Below, piece by piece: positions 1-15,000 of a stretch of DNA of 64,000 bases. The stretch is from assembly GCA_964016885.1 (NCBI GenBank), contig OZ024762.1, forward strand, positions 28,582,001-28,646,000. Reading direction: 5' to 3'. Each line of letters begins with the position of its first letter. Position 1 is the stretch's first letter. This DNA comes from Eledone cirrhosa (lineage: Eukaryota). Under the pieces are notes generated by a model. It did not search any database. It was not told where the DNA came from and saw only the letters and a list, made by a program, of their open reading frames with translations. The translations under genes and the position numbers were made by a program.

Positions 1-3000
1 TGTAATAAGACAGTAGCTTTTATTCAATATTGGGTTGGTCTGTAACAAGACAGTATCTTTTATTCAATATTGGGTTCGTGTGTAACAAGACAGTAGCTTT
101 TATTAAATATTGGGTTCGACTGTAATAAGACAGTAGCTTTTATTCAATATTATGTTGGTGTGTAACAAGACAGTAGGTTCTATTAAATATTGGGTTGGTC
201 TGTAACAAGACAATAGCTTTTATTGAATATTGGGTTGGTCTGTAGCAAGACAGTAGCTTTTATTCAATATTGGGTTGGTGTGTAAAACGACAGTAGCTTT
301 TATTCAATATTGGGTTGGTGTGTAACAAGTCAGTAGCTTTTATTAAATATTAGGTTGGTCTGTAACAACACAGTAGCTTTTATTGAATATTGGGTTGGTC
401 TGTAACAAGACAGTAGCTTTTATTCAATATTAGGTTAGTGTGTAACAAGACAGTAGCTTTTATTAAATATTGCGTTGGTCTGTAACAAGACAGTCGCCTT
501 TATTCAATATTAGGTTGGTCTGTAACAAGACAATAGCTTTTATTTGATATTGGGTTGGTGTGTAACAAGGCAGTAGCTTTTATTAAATATTGGGTTCGTC
601 TGTAATAAGACAGTAGCTTTTATTCAATATTAGGTTAGTGTCTAACAAGACAGTAGCTTTTATTAAATATTGTTCTGGTCTGTAACAAGACAATAGCTTT
701 TATTCAATAATGGGTTGGTCTGTAACAATACAGTAGCTTTATTAGATATGCGGTTACTCTGTAACAAGACAGTAGCTTTTATTCTATATTGGGTTGGTGT
801 GTAACACGACAGTAGCTTTTATTCAATATTGGGTTGGTCTGCAACAAGGCAGTAGCTTTTATTAAATATTGGGTTGGTCTGTAACAAGAGAGTTGCTTTT
901 ATTAAATATTGGGTTGGTGTGTAACAAGACAGTAGCTTTTATTCAGTATTGGGTTGGTCTGTAAGAAGACAGTAGCTTTTATTCAATATTATGTTGGTGT
1001 GTAACAAGACAGTAGCTTTTATTAAATATTGGGTTGGTCTGCAACAGGACAGGAGCTTTTATGAAATATTGGGTTGGTCTGTAACAAGACAGTAGCTTTT
1101 ATTCAATATTGGGTTCGTCTGTAACAAGACAGTAGCTTTTATTCAATATTGGGTTGGTGTGTCACAAGACAGTAGCTTTTATTAAATATTGGGTTGGTCT
1201 GTAACAAGACAGTAGCTTTTATTAAATATTGGGTTGGTCTGTAATAAGACAGTAGCTTTTATTAAATATTGGGTTGGTGTGTAACAAGACAGTTGCTTTT
1301 ATGCATTATTGGGTTGGTCTGTAACAAGACCGTAGCTTTTATTCAATATTGGTTTCGTGTGTAACAAGACAGTAGCTTTTATTCAATATTGGGATGGTCT
1401 GTAACAAGACAGTAGCTTTATTAGATATGGGTTGCTCTGTAACAAGACAGTAGCTTTTATTCAATATTGGGTTGGTCTGTAACAAGACAGTAGCTTTTAT
1501 TCAATATTGGGTTGGTGTGTCACAAGACAGTAGCTTTTATTAAATATTGGGTTGGTCTGTAACAAGACAGTAGCTTTTATTAAATATTGGGTTGGTCTGT
1601 AATAAGACAGTAGCTTTTATTAAATATTGGGTTGGTGTGTAACAAGACAGTTGCTTTTATGCATTATTGGGTTGGTCTGTAACAAGGCCGTAGCTTTTAT
1701 TCAATATTGGGTTCGTGTGTAACAAGACAGTAGCTTTTATTCAATATTGGGATGGTCTGTAACAAGACAGTAGCTTTATTAGATATGGGGTTGCTCTGTA
1801 ACAAGACAGTAGCTTTTATTCAATATTGGGTTGGTCTGTAACTAGACAGTAGCTTTTATTCAATATTATGTTGGTCTGAAACAAAACAGTAGGTTTTATT
1901 CAATATTGGGTTGGTGTGTAACCAGACAGTCGCTTTTATTCAATATTGGGTTGATGTGTAACAAGGCAGTAACTTTTATTCAATATTGGGTTGGTGTGTA
2001 ACAAGACAGTAGCTTTTCGTAAATATTAGGTTGGTGTGTAACAAGACAGTAGCTTTTTTAATATATTGGGTTGGTCTGTAACAAGACAATAGCTTTTATT
2101 CAATATTGGGTTGGTCTGTAACAAGACAGTATCTTTTATTCAATATTGGGTTCGTGTGTAACAAGACAGTAGCTTTTATTAAATATTGGGTTCGACTGTA
2201 ATAAGACAGTAGCTTTTATTCAATATTATGTTGGTGTGTAACAAGACAGTAGGTTCTATTAAATATTGGGTTGGTCTGTAACAAGACAATAGCTTTTATT
2301 GAATATTGGGTTGGTCTGTAGCAAGACAGTAGCTTTTATTCAATATTGGGTTGGTGTGTAAAACGACAGTAGCTTTTATTCAATATTGGGTTGGTGTGTA
2401 ACAAGTCAGTAGCTTTTATTAAATATTAGGTTGGTCTGTAACAACACAGTAGCTTTTATTGAATATTGGGTTGGTCTGTAACAAGACAGTAGCTTTTATT
2501 CAATATTAGGTTAGTGTGTAACAAGACAGTAGCTTTTATTAAATATTGCGTTGGTCTGTAACAAGACAGTAGCCTTTATTCAATATTAGGTTGGTCTGTA
2601 ACAAGACAATAGCTTTTATTTGATATTGGGTTGGTGTGTAACAAGGCAGTAGCTTTTATTAAATATTGGGTTCGTCTGTAATAAGACAGTAGCTTTTATT
2701 CAATATTAGGTTAGTGTCTAACAAGACAGTAGCTTTTATTAAATATTGTTCTGGTCTGTAACAAGACAATAGCTTTTATTCAATAATGGGTTGGTCTGTA
2801 ACAATACAGTAGCTTTATTAGATATGCGGTTACTCTGTAACAAGACAGTAGCTTTTATTCTATATTGGGTTGGTGTGTAACACGACAGTAGCTTTTATTA
2901 AATATTGGGTTGGTCTGCAACAAGGCAGTAGCTTTTATTAAATATTGGGTTGGTCTGTAACAAGAGAGTTGCTTTTATTAAATATTGGGTTGGTGTGTAA

Positions 3001-6000
3001 CAAGACAGTAGCTTTTATTCAGTATTGGGTTGGTCTGTAACAAGACAGTAGCTTTTATTCAATATTATGTTGGTGTGTAACAAGACAGTAGCTTTTATTA
3101 AATATTGGGTTGGTCTGCAACAGGACAGGAGCTTTTATGAAATATTGGGTTGGTCTGTAACAAGACAGTAGCTTTTATTCAATATTGGGTTCGTCTGTAA
3201 CAAGACAGTAGCTTTTATTCAATATTGGGTTGGTGTGTCACAAGACAGTAGCTTTTATTAAATATTGGGTTGGTCTGTAACAAGACAGTAGCTTTTATTA
3301 AATATTGGGTTGGTCTGTAATAAGACAGTAGCTTTTATTAAATATTGGGTTGGTGTGTAACAAGACAGTTGCTTTTATGCATTATTGGGTTGGTCTGTAA
3401 CAAGACCGTAGCTTTTATTCAATATTGGGTTGGTCTGTAATAAGACAGTAGCTTTTATTAAATATTGGGTTGGTGTGTATCAAGACAGTTGCTTTTATGC
3501 ATTATTGGGTTGGTCTGTAACAAGACCGTAGCTTTTATTCAATATTGGGTTCGTGTGTAACAAGACAGTAGCTTTTATTCAATATTGGGATGGTCTGTAA
3601 CAAGACAGTAGCTTTATTAGATATGGGGTTGCTCTGTAACAAGACAGTAGCTTTTATTCAATATTGGGTTGGTCTGTAACAAGACAGTAGCCTTTATTCA
3701 ATATTAGGTTGGTCTGTAACAAGACAATAGCTTTTATTTGATATTGGGTTGGTGTGTAACAAGGCAGTAGCTTTTATTAAATATTGGGTTCGTCTGTAAT
3801 AAGACAGTAGCTTTTATTCAATATTAGGTTAGTGTCTAACAAGACAGTAGCTTTTATTAAATATTGTTCTGGTCTGTAACAAGACAATAGCTTTTATTCA
3901 ATAATGGGTTGGTCTGTAACAATACAGTAGCTTTATTAGATATGCGGTTACTCTGTAACAAGACAGTAGCTTTTATTCTATATTGGGTTGGTGTGTAACA
4001 CGACAGTAGCTTTTATTAAATATTGGGTTGGTCTGCAACAAGGCAGTAGCTTTTATTAAATATTGGGTTGGTCTGTAACAAGAGAGTTGCTTTTATTAAA
4101 TATTGGGTTGGTGTGTAACAAGACAGTAGCTTTTATTCAATATTATGTTGGTGTGTAACAAGACAGTAGCTTTTATTAAATATTGGGTTGGTCTGCAACA
4201 GGACAGGAGCTTTTATGAAATATTGGGTTGGTCTGTAACAAGACAGTAGCTTTTATTCAATATTGGGTTCGTCTGTAACAAGACAGTAGCTTTTATTCAA
4301 TATTGGGTTGGTGTGTCACAAGACAGTAGCTTTTATTAAATATTGGGTTGGTCTGTAACAAGACAGTAGCTTTTATTAAATATTGGGTTGGTCTGTAATA
4401 AGACAGTAGCTTTTATTAAATATTGGGTTGGTGTGTAACAAGACAGTTGCTTTTATGCATTATTGGGTTGGTCTGTAACAAGACCGTAGCTTTTATTCAA
4501 TATTGGGTTCGTGTGTAACAAGACAGTAACTTTTATTCAATATTGGGATGGTCTGTAACAAGACAGTAGCTTTATTAGATATGGGGTTGCTCTGTAACAA
4601 GACAGTAGCTTTTATTCAATATTGGGTTGGTCTGTAACAAGACAGTAGCTTTTATTCAATATTGGGTTGGTGTGTAACAAGACAGTAGCTTTTATTCAAT
4701 ATTGGGTTGGTCTGAAACAAGACAGTAGCTTTTATTAAATATGGGTTGGTCTGTAACAAGACGGTAGCTTTTATTCAATATTCGGTTGGTGTGTAACAAG
4801 ACAATAACTTTTATTAAATATTGGGTTGGTCTGTAACAAGACAGTAGCTTTTATGCATTATTGGGTTGGTCTGTAACAAGACAGTAGCTTTTATTCAATA
4901 TTGGGTTGGTGTGTAACATGTCAGTAGCTTTTATTAAATATTAGGTTGGTCTGTAACAAGACAATAGCTTTTATTAAATATTGGGTTGGTCTGTAACAAG
5001 ACAGTAGCTTTTATTAAATATTAGGTTAGTGTGTAACAAGACAGTAGCTTTTATTAAATATTGCGTTGGTCTGTAACAAGACAGTAGCCTTTATTCAATA
5101 TTAGGTTGGTCTGTAACAAGACAATAGCTTTTATTTGATATTGGGTTGGTGTGTAACAAGGCAGTAGCTTTTATTAAATATTGGGTTCGTCTGTAATAAG
5201 ACAGTAGCTTTTATTCAATATTAGGTTAGTGTCTAACAAGACAGTAGCTTTTATTAAATATTGTTCTGGTCTGTAACAAGACAATAGCTTTTATTCAATA
5301 ATGGGTTGGTCTGTAACAATACAGTAGCTTTATTAGATATGCGGTTACTCTGTAACAAGACAGTAGCTTTTATTCTATATTGGGTTGGTGTGTAACACGA
5401 CAGTAGCTTTTATTAAATATTGGGTTGGTCTGCAACAAGGCAGTAGCTTTTATTAAATATTGGGTTGGTCTGTAACAAGAGAGTTGCTTTTATTAAATAT
5501 TGGGTTGGTGTGTAACAAGAGAGTAGCTTTTATTCAATATTGGGTTCGTGTGTAACAAGACAGTAGCTTTTATTCAATATTGGGATGGTCTGTAACAAGA
5601 CAGTAGCTTTATTAGATATGGGGTTGCTCTGTAACAAGACAGTAGCTTTTATTCAATATTGGGTTGGTCTGTAACAAGACAGTAGCTTTTATTCAATATT
5701 GGGCTGGTGTGTAACAAGACAGTAGCTTTTATTCAATATTGGGTTGGTCTGAAACAAGACAGTAGCTTTTATTAAATATTGGGTTGGTCTGTAACAAGAC
5801 GGTAGCTTTTATTCAATATTCGGTTGGTGTGTAACAAGACAATAACTTTTATTAAATATTGGGTTGGTCTGTAACAAGACAGTAGCTTTTATGCATTATT
5901 GGGTTGGTCTGTAACAAGACAGTAGCTTTTATTCAATATTGGGTTGGTGTGTAACATGTCAGTAGCTTTTATTAAATATTAGGTTGGTCTGTAACAAGAC

Positions 6001-9000
6001 AATAGCTTTTATTAAATATTGGGTTGGTCTGTAACAAGACAGTAGCTTTTATTAAATATTAGGTTAGTGTGTAACAAGACAGTAGCTTTTATTAAATATT
6101 GCGTTGGTCTGTAACAAGACAGTAGCCTTTATTCAATATTAGGTTGGTCTGTAACAAGACAATAGCTTTTATTTGATATTGGGTTGGTGTGTAACAAGGC
6201 AGTAGCTTTTATTAAATATTGGGTTCGTCTGTAATAAGACAGTAGCTTTTATTCAATATTAGGTTAGTGTCTAACAAGACAGTAGCTTTTATTAAATATT
6301 GTTCTGGTCTGTAACAAGACAATAGCTTTTATTCAATAATGGGTTGGTCTGTAACAATACAGTAGCTTTATTAGATATGCGGTTACTCTGTAACAAGACA
6401 GTAGCTTTTATTCTATATTGGGTTGGTGTGTAACACGACAGTAGCTTTTATTAAATATTGGGTTGGTCTGCAACAAGGCAGTAGCTTTTATTAAATATTG
6501 GGTTGGTCTGTAACAAGAGAGTTGCTTTTATTAAATATTGGGTTGGTGTGTAACAAGAGAGTAGCTTTTATTCAATATTGGGTTCGTGTGTAACAAGACA
6601 GTAGCTTTTATTCAATATTGGGATGGTCTGTAACAAGACAGTAGCTTTATTAGATATGGGGTTGCTCTGTAACAAGACAGTAGCTTTTATTCAATATTGG
6701 GTTGGTCTGTAACAAGACAGTAGCTTTTATTCAATATTGGGCTGGTGTGTAACAAGACAGTAGCTTTTATTCAATATTGGGTTGGTCTGAAACAAGACAG
6801 TAGCTTTTATTAAATATTGGGTTGGTCTGTAACAAGACGGTAGCTTTTATTCAATATTCGGTTGGTGTGTAACAAGACAATAACTTTTATTAAATATTGG
6901 GTTGGTCTGTAACAAGACAGTAGCTTTTATGCATTATTGGGTTGGTCTGTAACAAGACAGTAGCTTTTATTCAATATTGGGTTGGTGTGTAACATGTCAG
7001 TAGCTTTTATTAAATATTAGGTTGGTCTGTAACAAGACAATAGCTTTTATTAAATATTGGGTTGGTGTGTAACCAGACAGTAGCTTTTATTAAATATTGG
7101 GTTCGTCTGTAATAAGACAGTAGCTTTTATTCAATATTATGTTGATGTGTAACAAGACAGTAGATTTTATTAAATATTGGGTTGGTCTGTAACAAGAGAG
7201 TTGCTTTTATTAAATATTGGTTTGGTGTGTAACAAGACAGTAGCTTTTATTCAATATTGGGTTGGTGTGTAACAATACAGTAGCTTTTATGCAATATTGG
7301 GTTGGTCTGTAACAAGAGAGTAGCTTTTATTGAATATTGCGTTGGTCTGTAACAAGACAGTAGCTTTTATTCAATATTGTTCTGGTCTGTAACAAGACAA
7401 TAGCTTTTATTCAATATTAGGTTGGTCTGTAACAAGACAGTAGCTTTTATTAAATATTGGGTTGGTCTGCAACAAGACAGGAGCTTTTATGAAATATTGG
7501 GTTGGTCTGTAACAAGACAGTAGCTTTTATTCAATATTGGGTTCGTCTGTAACAAGACAGTAGCTTTTATTCAATATTGGGTTGGTGTGTCACAAGACAG
7601 TAGCTTTTATTAAATATTGGGTTGGTCTGTAACAAGACAGTAGCTTTTATTATATATTGGGTTGGTCTGTAATAAGACAGTAGCTTTTATTAAATATTGG
7701 GTTGGTGTGTAACAAGACAGTTGCTTTTATGCATTATTGGGTTGGTCTGTAACAAGACCGTAGCTTTTATTCAATATTGGGTTCGTGTGTAACAAGACAG
7801 TAGCTTTTATTCAATATTGGGATGGTCTGTAACAAGACAGTAGCTTTATTAGATATGGGGTTGCTCTGTAACAAGACAGTAGCTTTTATTCAATATTGGG
7901 TTGGTCTGTAACAAGACAGTAGCTTTTATTCAATATTATGTTAGTCTGAAGCAAAACAGTAGGTTTTATTCAATATTGGGTTGGTGTGTAACAAGACAGT
8001 CGCTTTTATTCAATATTGGGTTGATGTGTAACAAGGCAGTAACTTTTATTCAATATTGGGTTGGTGTGTAACAAGACAGTAGCTTTTCGTAAATATTAGG
8101 TTGGTGTGTAACAAGACAGTAGCTTTTTTAATATATTGGGTTGGTCTGTAACAAGACAATAGCTTTTATTCAATATTGGGTTGGTCTGTAACAAGACAGT
8201 ATCTTTTATTCAATATTGGGTTCGTGTGTAACAAGACAGTAGCTTTTATTCAATATTGGGTTGGTCTGAAACAAGACAGTAGCTTTTATTAAATATGGGT
8301 TGGTCTGTAACAAGACGGTAGCTTTTATTCAATATTCGGTTGGTGTGTAACAAGACAATAACTTTTATTAAATATTGGGTTGGTCTGTAACAAGACAGTA
8401 GCTTTTATGCATTATTGGGTTGGTCTGTAACAAGACAGTAGCTTTTATTCAATATTGGGTTGGTGTGTAACAAGACAGTAGCTTTTATTCAATATTGGGA
8501 TGGTCTGTAACAAGACAATAGCTTTTATTAAATATTGGGTTGGTGTGTAACAAGACAGTAGCTTTTATTAAATATTAGGTTAGTGTGTAACAAGACAGTA
8601 GCTTTTATTAAATATTGCGTTGGTCTGTAACAAGACAGTAGCCTTTATTCAATATTAGGTTGGTCTGTAACAAGACAATAGCTTTTATTTGATATTGGGT
8701 TGGTGTGTAACAAGGCAGTAGCTTTTATTAAATATTGGGTTCGTCTGTAATAAGACAGTAGCTTTTATTCAATATTAGGTTAGTGTCTAACAAGACAGTA
8801 GCTTTTATTAAATATTGTTCTGGTCTGTAACAAGACAATAGCTTTTATTCAATAATGGGTTGGTCTGTAACAATACAGTAGCTTTATTAGATATGCGGTT
8901 ACTCTGTAACAAGACAGTAGCTTTTATTCTATATTGGGTTGGTGTGTAACACGACAGTAGCTTTTATTAAATATTGGGTTGGTCTGCAACAAGGCAGTAG

Positions 9001-12000
9001 CTTTTATTAAATATTGGGTTGGTCTGTAACAAGAGAGTTGCTTTTATTAAATATTGGGTTGGTGTGTAACAAGACAGTAGCTTTTATTCAATATTGGGTT
9101 GGTCTGTAACAAGACAGTAGCTTTTATTCAATATTATGTTGGTGTGTAACAAGACAGTAGCTTTTATTAAATATTGGGTTGGTCTGCAACAGGACAGGAG
9201 ATTTTATGAAATATTGGGTTGGTCTGTAACAAGACAGTAGCTTTTATTCAATATTGGGTTCGTCTGTAACAAGACAGTAGCTTTTATTCAATATTGGGTT
9301 GGTGTGTCACAAGACAGTAGCTTTTATTAAATATTGGGTTGGTCTGTAACAAGACAGTAGCTTTTATTAAATATTGGGTTGGTCTGTAATAAGACAGTAG
9401 CTTTTATTAAATATTGGGTTAGTGTGTAACAAGACAGTTGCTTTTATGCATTATTGGGTTGGTCTGTAACAAGACCGTAGCTTTTATTCAATATTGGGTT
9501 CGTGTGTAACAAGACAGTAGCTTTTATTCAATATTGGGATGGTCTGTAACAAGACAGTAGCTTTATTAGATATGGGGTTGCTCTGTAACAAGACAGTAGC
9601 TTTTATTCAATATTGGGTTGGTCTGTAACAAGACAGTAGCTTTTATTCAATATTGGGTTGGTGTGTAACAAGACAGTAGCTTTTATTCAATATTGGGTTG
9701 GTCTGAAACAAGACAGTAGCTTTTATTAAATATGGGTTGGTCTGTAACAAGACGGTAGCTTTTATTCAATATTCGGTTGGTGTGTAACAAGACAATAACT
9801 TTTATTAAATATTGGGTTGGTCTGTAACAAGACAGTAGCTTTTATGCATTATTGGGTTGGTCTGTAACAAGACAGTAGCTTTTATTCAATATTGGGTTGG
9901 TGTGTAACATGTCAGTAGCTTTTATTAAATATTAGGTTGGTCTGTAACAAGACAATAGCTTTTATTAAATATTGGGTTGGTGTGTAACAAGACAGTAGCT
10001 TTTATTAAATATTGGGTTCGTCTGTAATAAGACAGTAGCTTTTATTCAATATTATGTTGGTGTGTAACAAGACAGTAGATTTTATTAAATATTGGGTTGG
10101 TCTGTAACAAGAGAGTTGCTTTTATTAAATATTGGGTTGGTGTGTAACAAGACAGTAGCTTTTATTCAATATTGGGTTGGTGTGTAACAATACAGTAGCT
10201 TTTATGCAATATTGGGTTGGTCTGTAACAAGAGAGTAGCTTTTATTGAATATTGCGTTGGTCTGTAACAAGACAGTAGCTTTTATTCAATATTGTTCTGG
10301 TCTGTAACAAGACAATAGCTTTTATTCAATATTAGGTTGGTCTGTAACAAGACAATAGCTTTTATTTAATATTGGGTTTGTCTGTAATAAGACAGTAGCT
10401 TTTATTCAATATTATGTTGGTGTGTAACAAGACAGTAGCTTTTATTCAATATTGGGATGGTCTGTAACAAGACAATAGCTTTTATTAAATATTGGGTTGG
10501 TGTGTAACAAGACAGTAGCTTTTATTAAATATTAGGTTAGTGTGTAACAAGACAGTAGCTTTTATTAAATATTGCGGTGGTCTGTAACAAGACAGTAGCC
10601 TTTATTCAATATTAGGTTGGTCTGTAACAAGACAATAGCTTTTATTTGATATTGGGTTGGTGTGTAACAAGGCAGTAGCTTTTATTAAATATTGGGTTCG
10701 TCTGTAATAAGACAGTAGCTTTTATTCAATATTAGGTTAGTGTCTAACAAGACAGTAGCTTTTATTAAATATTGTTCTGGTCTGTAACAAGACAATAGCT
10801 TTTATTCAATAATGGGTTGGTCTGTAACAATACAGTAGCTTTATTAGATATGCGGTTACTCTGTAACAAGACAGTAGCTTTTATTCTATATTGGGTTGGT
10901 GTGTAACACGACAGTAGCTTTTATTAAATATTGGGTTGGTCTGCAACAAGGCAGTAGCTTTTATTAAATATTGGGTTGGTCTGTAACAAGAGAGTTGCTT
11001 TTATTAAATATTGGGTTGGTGTGTAACAAGACAGTAGCTTTTATTCAATATTGGGTTGGTCTGTAACAAGACAGTAGCTTTTATTCAATATTATGTTGGT
11101 GTGTAACAAGACAGTAGCTTTTATTAAATATTGGGTTGGTCTGCAACAGGACAGGAGCTTTTATGAAATATTGGGTTGGTCTGTAACAAGACAGTAGCTT
11201 TTATTCAATATTGGGTTCGTCTGTAACAAGACAGTAGCTTTTATTCAATATTGGGTTGGTGTGTCACAAGACAGTAGCTTTTATTAAATATTGGGTTGGT
11301 CTGTAACAAGACAGTAGCTTTTATTAAATATTGGGTTGGTCTGTAATAAGACAGTAGCTTTTATTAAATATTGGGTTAGTGTGTAACAAGACAGTTGCTT
11401 TTATGCATTATTGGGTTGGTCTGTAACAAGACCGTAGCTTTTATTCAATATTGGGTTCGTGTGTAACAAGACAGTAGCTTTTATTCAATATTGGGATGGT
11501 CTGTAACAAGACAGTAGCTTTATTAGATATGGGGTTGCTCTGTAACAAGACAGTAGCTTTTATTCAATATTGGGTTGGTCTGTAACAAGACAGTAGCTTT
11601 TATTCAATATTGGGTTGGTGTGTAACAAGACAGTAGCTTTTATTCAATATTGGGTTGGTCTGAAACAAGACAGTAGCTTTTATTAAATATGGGTTGGTCT
11701 GTAACAAGACGGTAGCTTTTATTCAATATTCGGTTGGTGTGTAACAAGACAATAACTTTTATTAAATATTGGGTTGGTCTGTAACAAGACAGTAGCTTTT
11801 ATGCATTATTGGGTTGGTCTGTAACAAGACAGTAGCTTTTATTCAATATTGGGTTGGTGTGTAACATGTCAGTAGCTTTTATTAAATATTAGGTTGGTCT
11901 GTAACAAGACAATAGCTTTTATTAAATATTGGGTTGGTGTGTAACAAGACAGTAGCTTTTATTAAATATTGGGTTCGTCTGTAATAAGACAGTAGCTTTT

Positions 12001-15000
12001 ATTCAATATTATGTTGGTGTGTAACAAGACAGTAGATTTTATTAAATATTGGGTTGGTCTGTAACAAGAGAGTTGCTTTTATTAAATATTGGGTTGGTGT
12101 GTAACAAGACAGTAGCTTTTATTCAATATTGGGTTGGTGTGTAACAATACAGTAGCTTTTATGCAATATTGGGTTGGTCTGTAACAAGAGAGTAGCTTTT
12201 ATTGAATATTGCGTTGGTCTGTAACAAGACAGTAGCTTTTATTCAATATTGTTCTGGTCTGTAACAAGACAATAGCTTTTATTCAATATTAGGTTGGTCT
12301 GTAACAAGACAATAGCTTTTATTTAATATTGGGTTTGTCTGTAATAAGACAGTAGCTTTTATTCAATATTATGTTGGTGTGTAACAAGACAGTAGCTTTT
12401 ATTCAATATTGGGTTGGTTTGTAACAAGACAGTAGTTTTTATTAAATATTGGGTTCGACTGTAATAAGACAGTAGCTTTTAATCAATATTATGTTGGTGT
12501 GTAACAAGACAGTAGGTTTTATTAAATATTGGGTTGGTCTGTAACAGGACAATAGCTTTTATTGAATATTGGGTTGGTCTGTAACAAGACAGTAGCTTTT
12601 ATTCAATATTGTATTGGTGTGTGACACGACAGTAGCTTTTATTAAATATTGGGTTGGTCTGCAACAAGGCAGTAGCTTTTATTAAATATTGGGTTGGTCT
12701 GTAACAAGACAGTAGCTCTTATTCAATATTAGGTTAGTGTGTAACAAGACAGTAGCTTTTATTAAATATTGCGTTGGTCTGTAACAAGACAGTAGCTTAT
12801 ATTGAATATTGGGTTGGTCTGTAACAAGAAAATAGCTTTTATTCAATATTAGGTTGGTCTGTAACAAGATAGTAGCTTATATTGAATATTGGGTTGGTCT
12901 GTAACAAGAAAATAGCTTTTATTCAATATTAGGTTGGTCTGTAACAAGACAATAGCTTTTATTAAATATTGGGTTGGTGTGTAACAAGACAGTAGCTTTT
13001 ATTAAATATTGGGTTCGTCTGTAATAAGACAGTAGCTTTTATTCAACATTAGGTTAGTATGTAACAAGACAGTAGCTTTTATTAAATATTGTTCTGGTCT
13101 GTAACAAGACAATAGCTTTTCTTCAATATTAGGTTGGTCTGTAACAAGACAATATCTTTTATTAAATATTAGGTTCGTCTGTAATAAGACAGTAGCTTTT
13201 ATTCAATATTATGCTGGTGTGTAACTAGAGAGTAGATTTTATTAAATATTGGGTTGGTCTGTAACAAGAGAGTTGCTTTTATTAAATATTGGGTTGGTCT
13301 GTAACAAGACAGTAGCTTTTATTTAATATTGGGTTGGTGTGTAACAAGACAGTAGCTTTTCTTCAATATTGGGTTGGTGTGTAACAAGACAGTAGCTTTT
13401 ATTAAATATTACGTTGTTGTGTAACAAGACACTAGCTTTTATTCAATATTATGTTGGTCTGAAACAAGACAGTAGCTCTTATTCAATATTAGGTTAGTGT
13501 GTCACAAGACAGTAGCTTTTATTAAATATTGCGTTGGTCTGTAACAAGACAGTAGCTTATATTGAATATTGGGTTGGTCTGTAACAAGAAAATAGCTTTT
13601 ATTCAATATTAGGTTGGTCTGTAACAAGACAGTAGCTTTTATTCAATATTGGGTTGGTCTGTAACAAGACAGTAGCTTTTATTCAATATTGGGTTGGTCT
13701 GTAACAAGACAGTAGCTTTATTAGATAAGGGGTTGCTCTGTAACAAGACAGTAGCTTTTATTCAATATTGGGTTGGTGTGTAACACGACAGTAGCTTTTA
13801 TTAAATATTGGGTTGGTCTGCAACAAGGCAGTAGCTTTTATTAAATATTGGGTTGGTCTGTAACAAGAGAGTTGCTTTTATTAAATATTGGGTTGGTGTG
13901 TAACAAGACAGTAGCTTTTATTCAATATTGGGTTGGTCTGTAACAAGACAGTAGCTTTTATTCAATATTATGTTGGTGTGTAACAAGACAGTAGCTTTTA
14001 TTAAATATTGGGTTGGTCTGCAACAAGACAGGAGCTTTTATGAAATATTGGGTTGGTCTGTAACAAGACAGTAGCTTTTATTCAATATTGGGTTCGTCTG
14101 TAACAAGACAGTAGCTTTTATTCAATATTGGGTTGGTGTGTCACAAGACAGTAGCTTTTATTAAATATTGGGTTGGTCTGTAACAAGACAGTAGCTTTTA
14201 TTAAATATTGGGTTGGTCTGTAATAAGACAGTAGCTTTTATTAAATATTGGGTTGGTGTGTAACAAGACAGTTGCTTTTATTCATTATTGGGTTGGTCTG
14301 TAACAAGACCGTAGCTTTTATTCAATATTGGGTTCGTGTGTAACAAGACAGTAGCTTTTATTCAATATTGGGATGGTCTGTAACAAGACAGTAGCTTTAT
14401 TAGATATGGGGTTGCTCTGTAACAAGACAGTAGCTTTTATTCAATATTGGGTTGGTCTGTAACAAGACAGTAGCTTTTATTCAATATTGGGTTGGTGTGT
14501 AACAAGACAGTAGCTTTTATTCAATATTGGGTTGGTCTGAAACAAGACAGTAGCTTTTATTAAATATTGGGTTAGTCTGTAACAAGACGGTAGCTTTTAT
14601 TCAATATTCGGTTGGTGTGTAACAAGACAATAACTTTTATTATATATTGGGTTGGTCTGTAACAAGACGGTAGCTTTTATTCAATATTGGGTTGGTGTGT
14701 AACAAGACAATAACTTTTATTAAATATTGGGTTGGTCTGTAACAAGACAGTAGCTTTTATGCATTATTGGGTTGGTCTGTAACAAGACAGTAGCTTTTAT
14801 TCAATATTGGGTTGGTGTGTAACATGTCAGTAGCTTTTATTAAATATTAGGTTGGTCTGTAACAAGACAATAGCTTTTATTAAATATTGGGTTGGTGTGT
14901 AACAAGACAGTAGCTTTTATTCAATATTGGGTTGGTGTGTAACAATACAGTAGCTTTTATGCAATATTGGGTTGGTCTGTAACAAGAGAGTAGCTTTTAT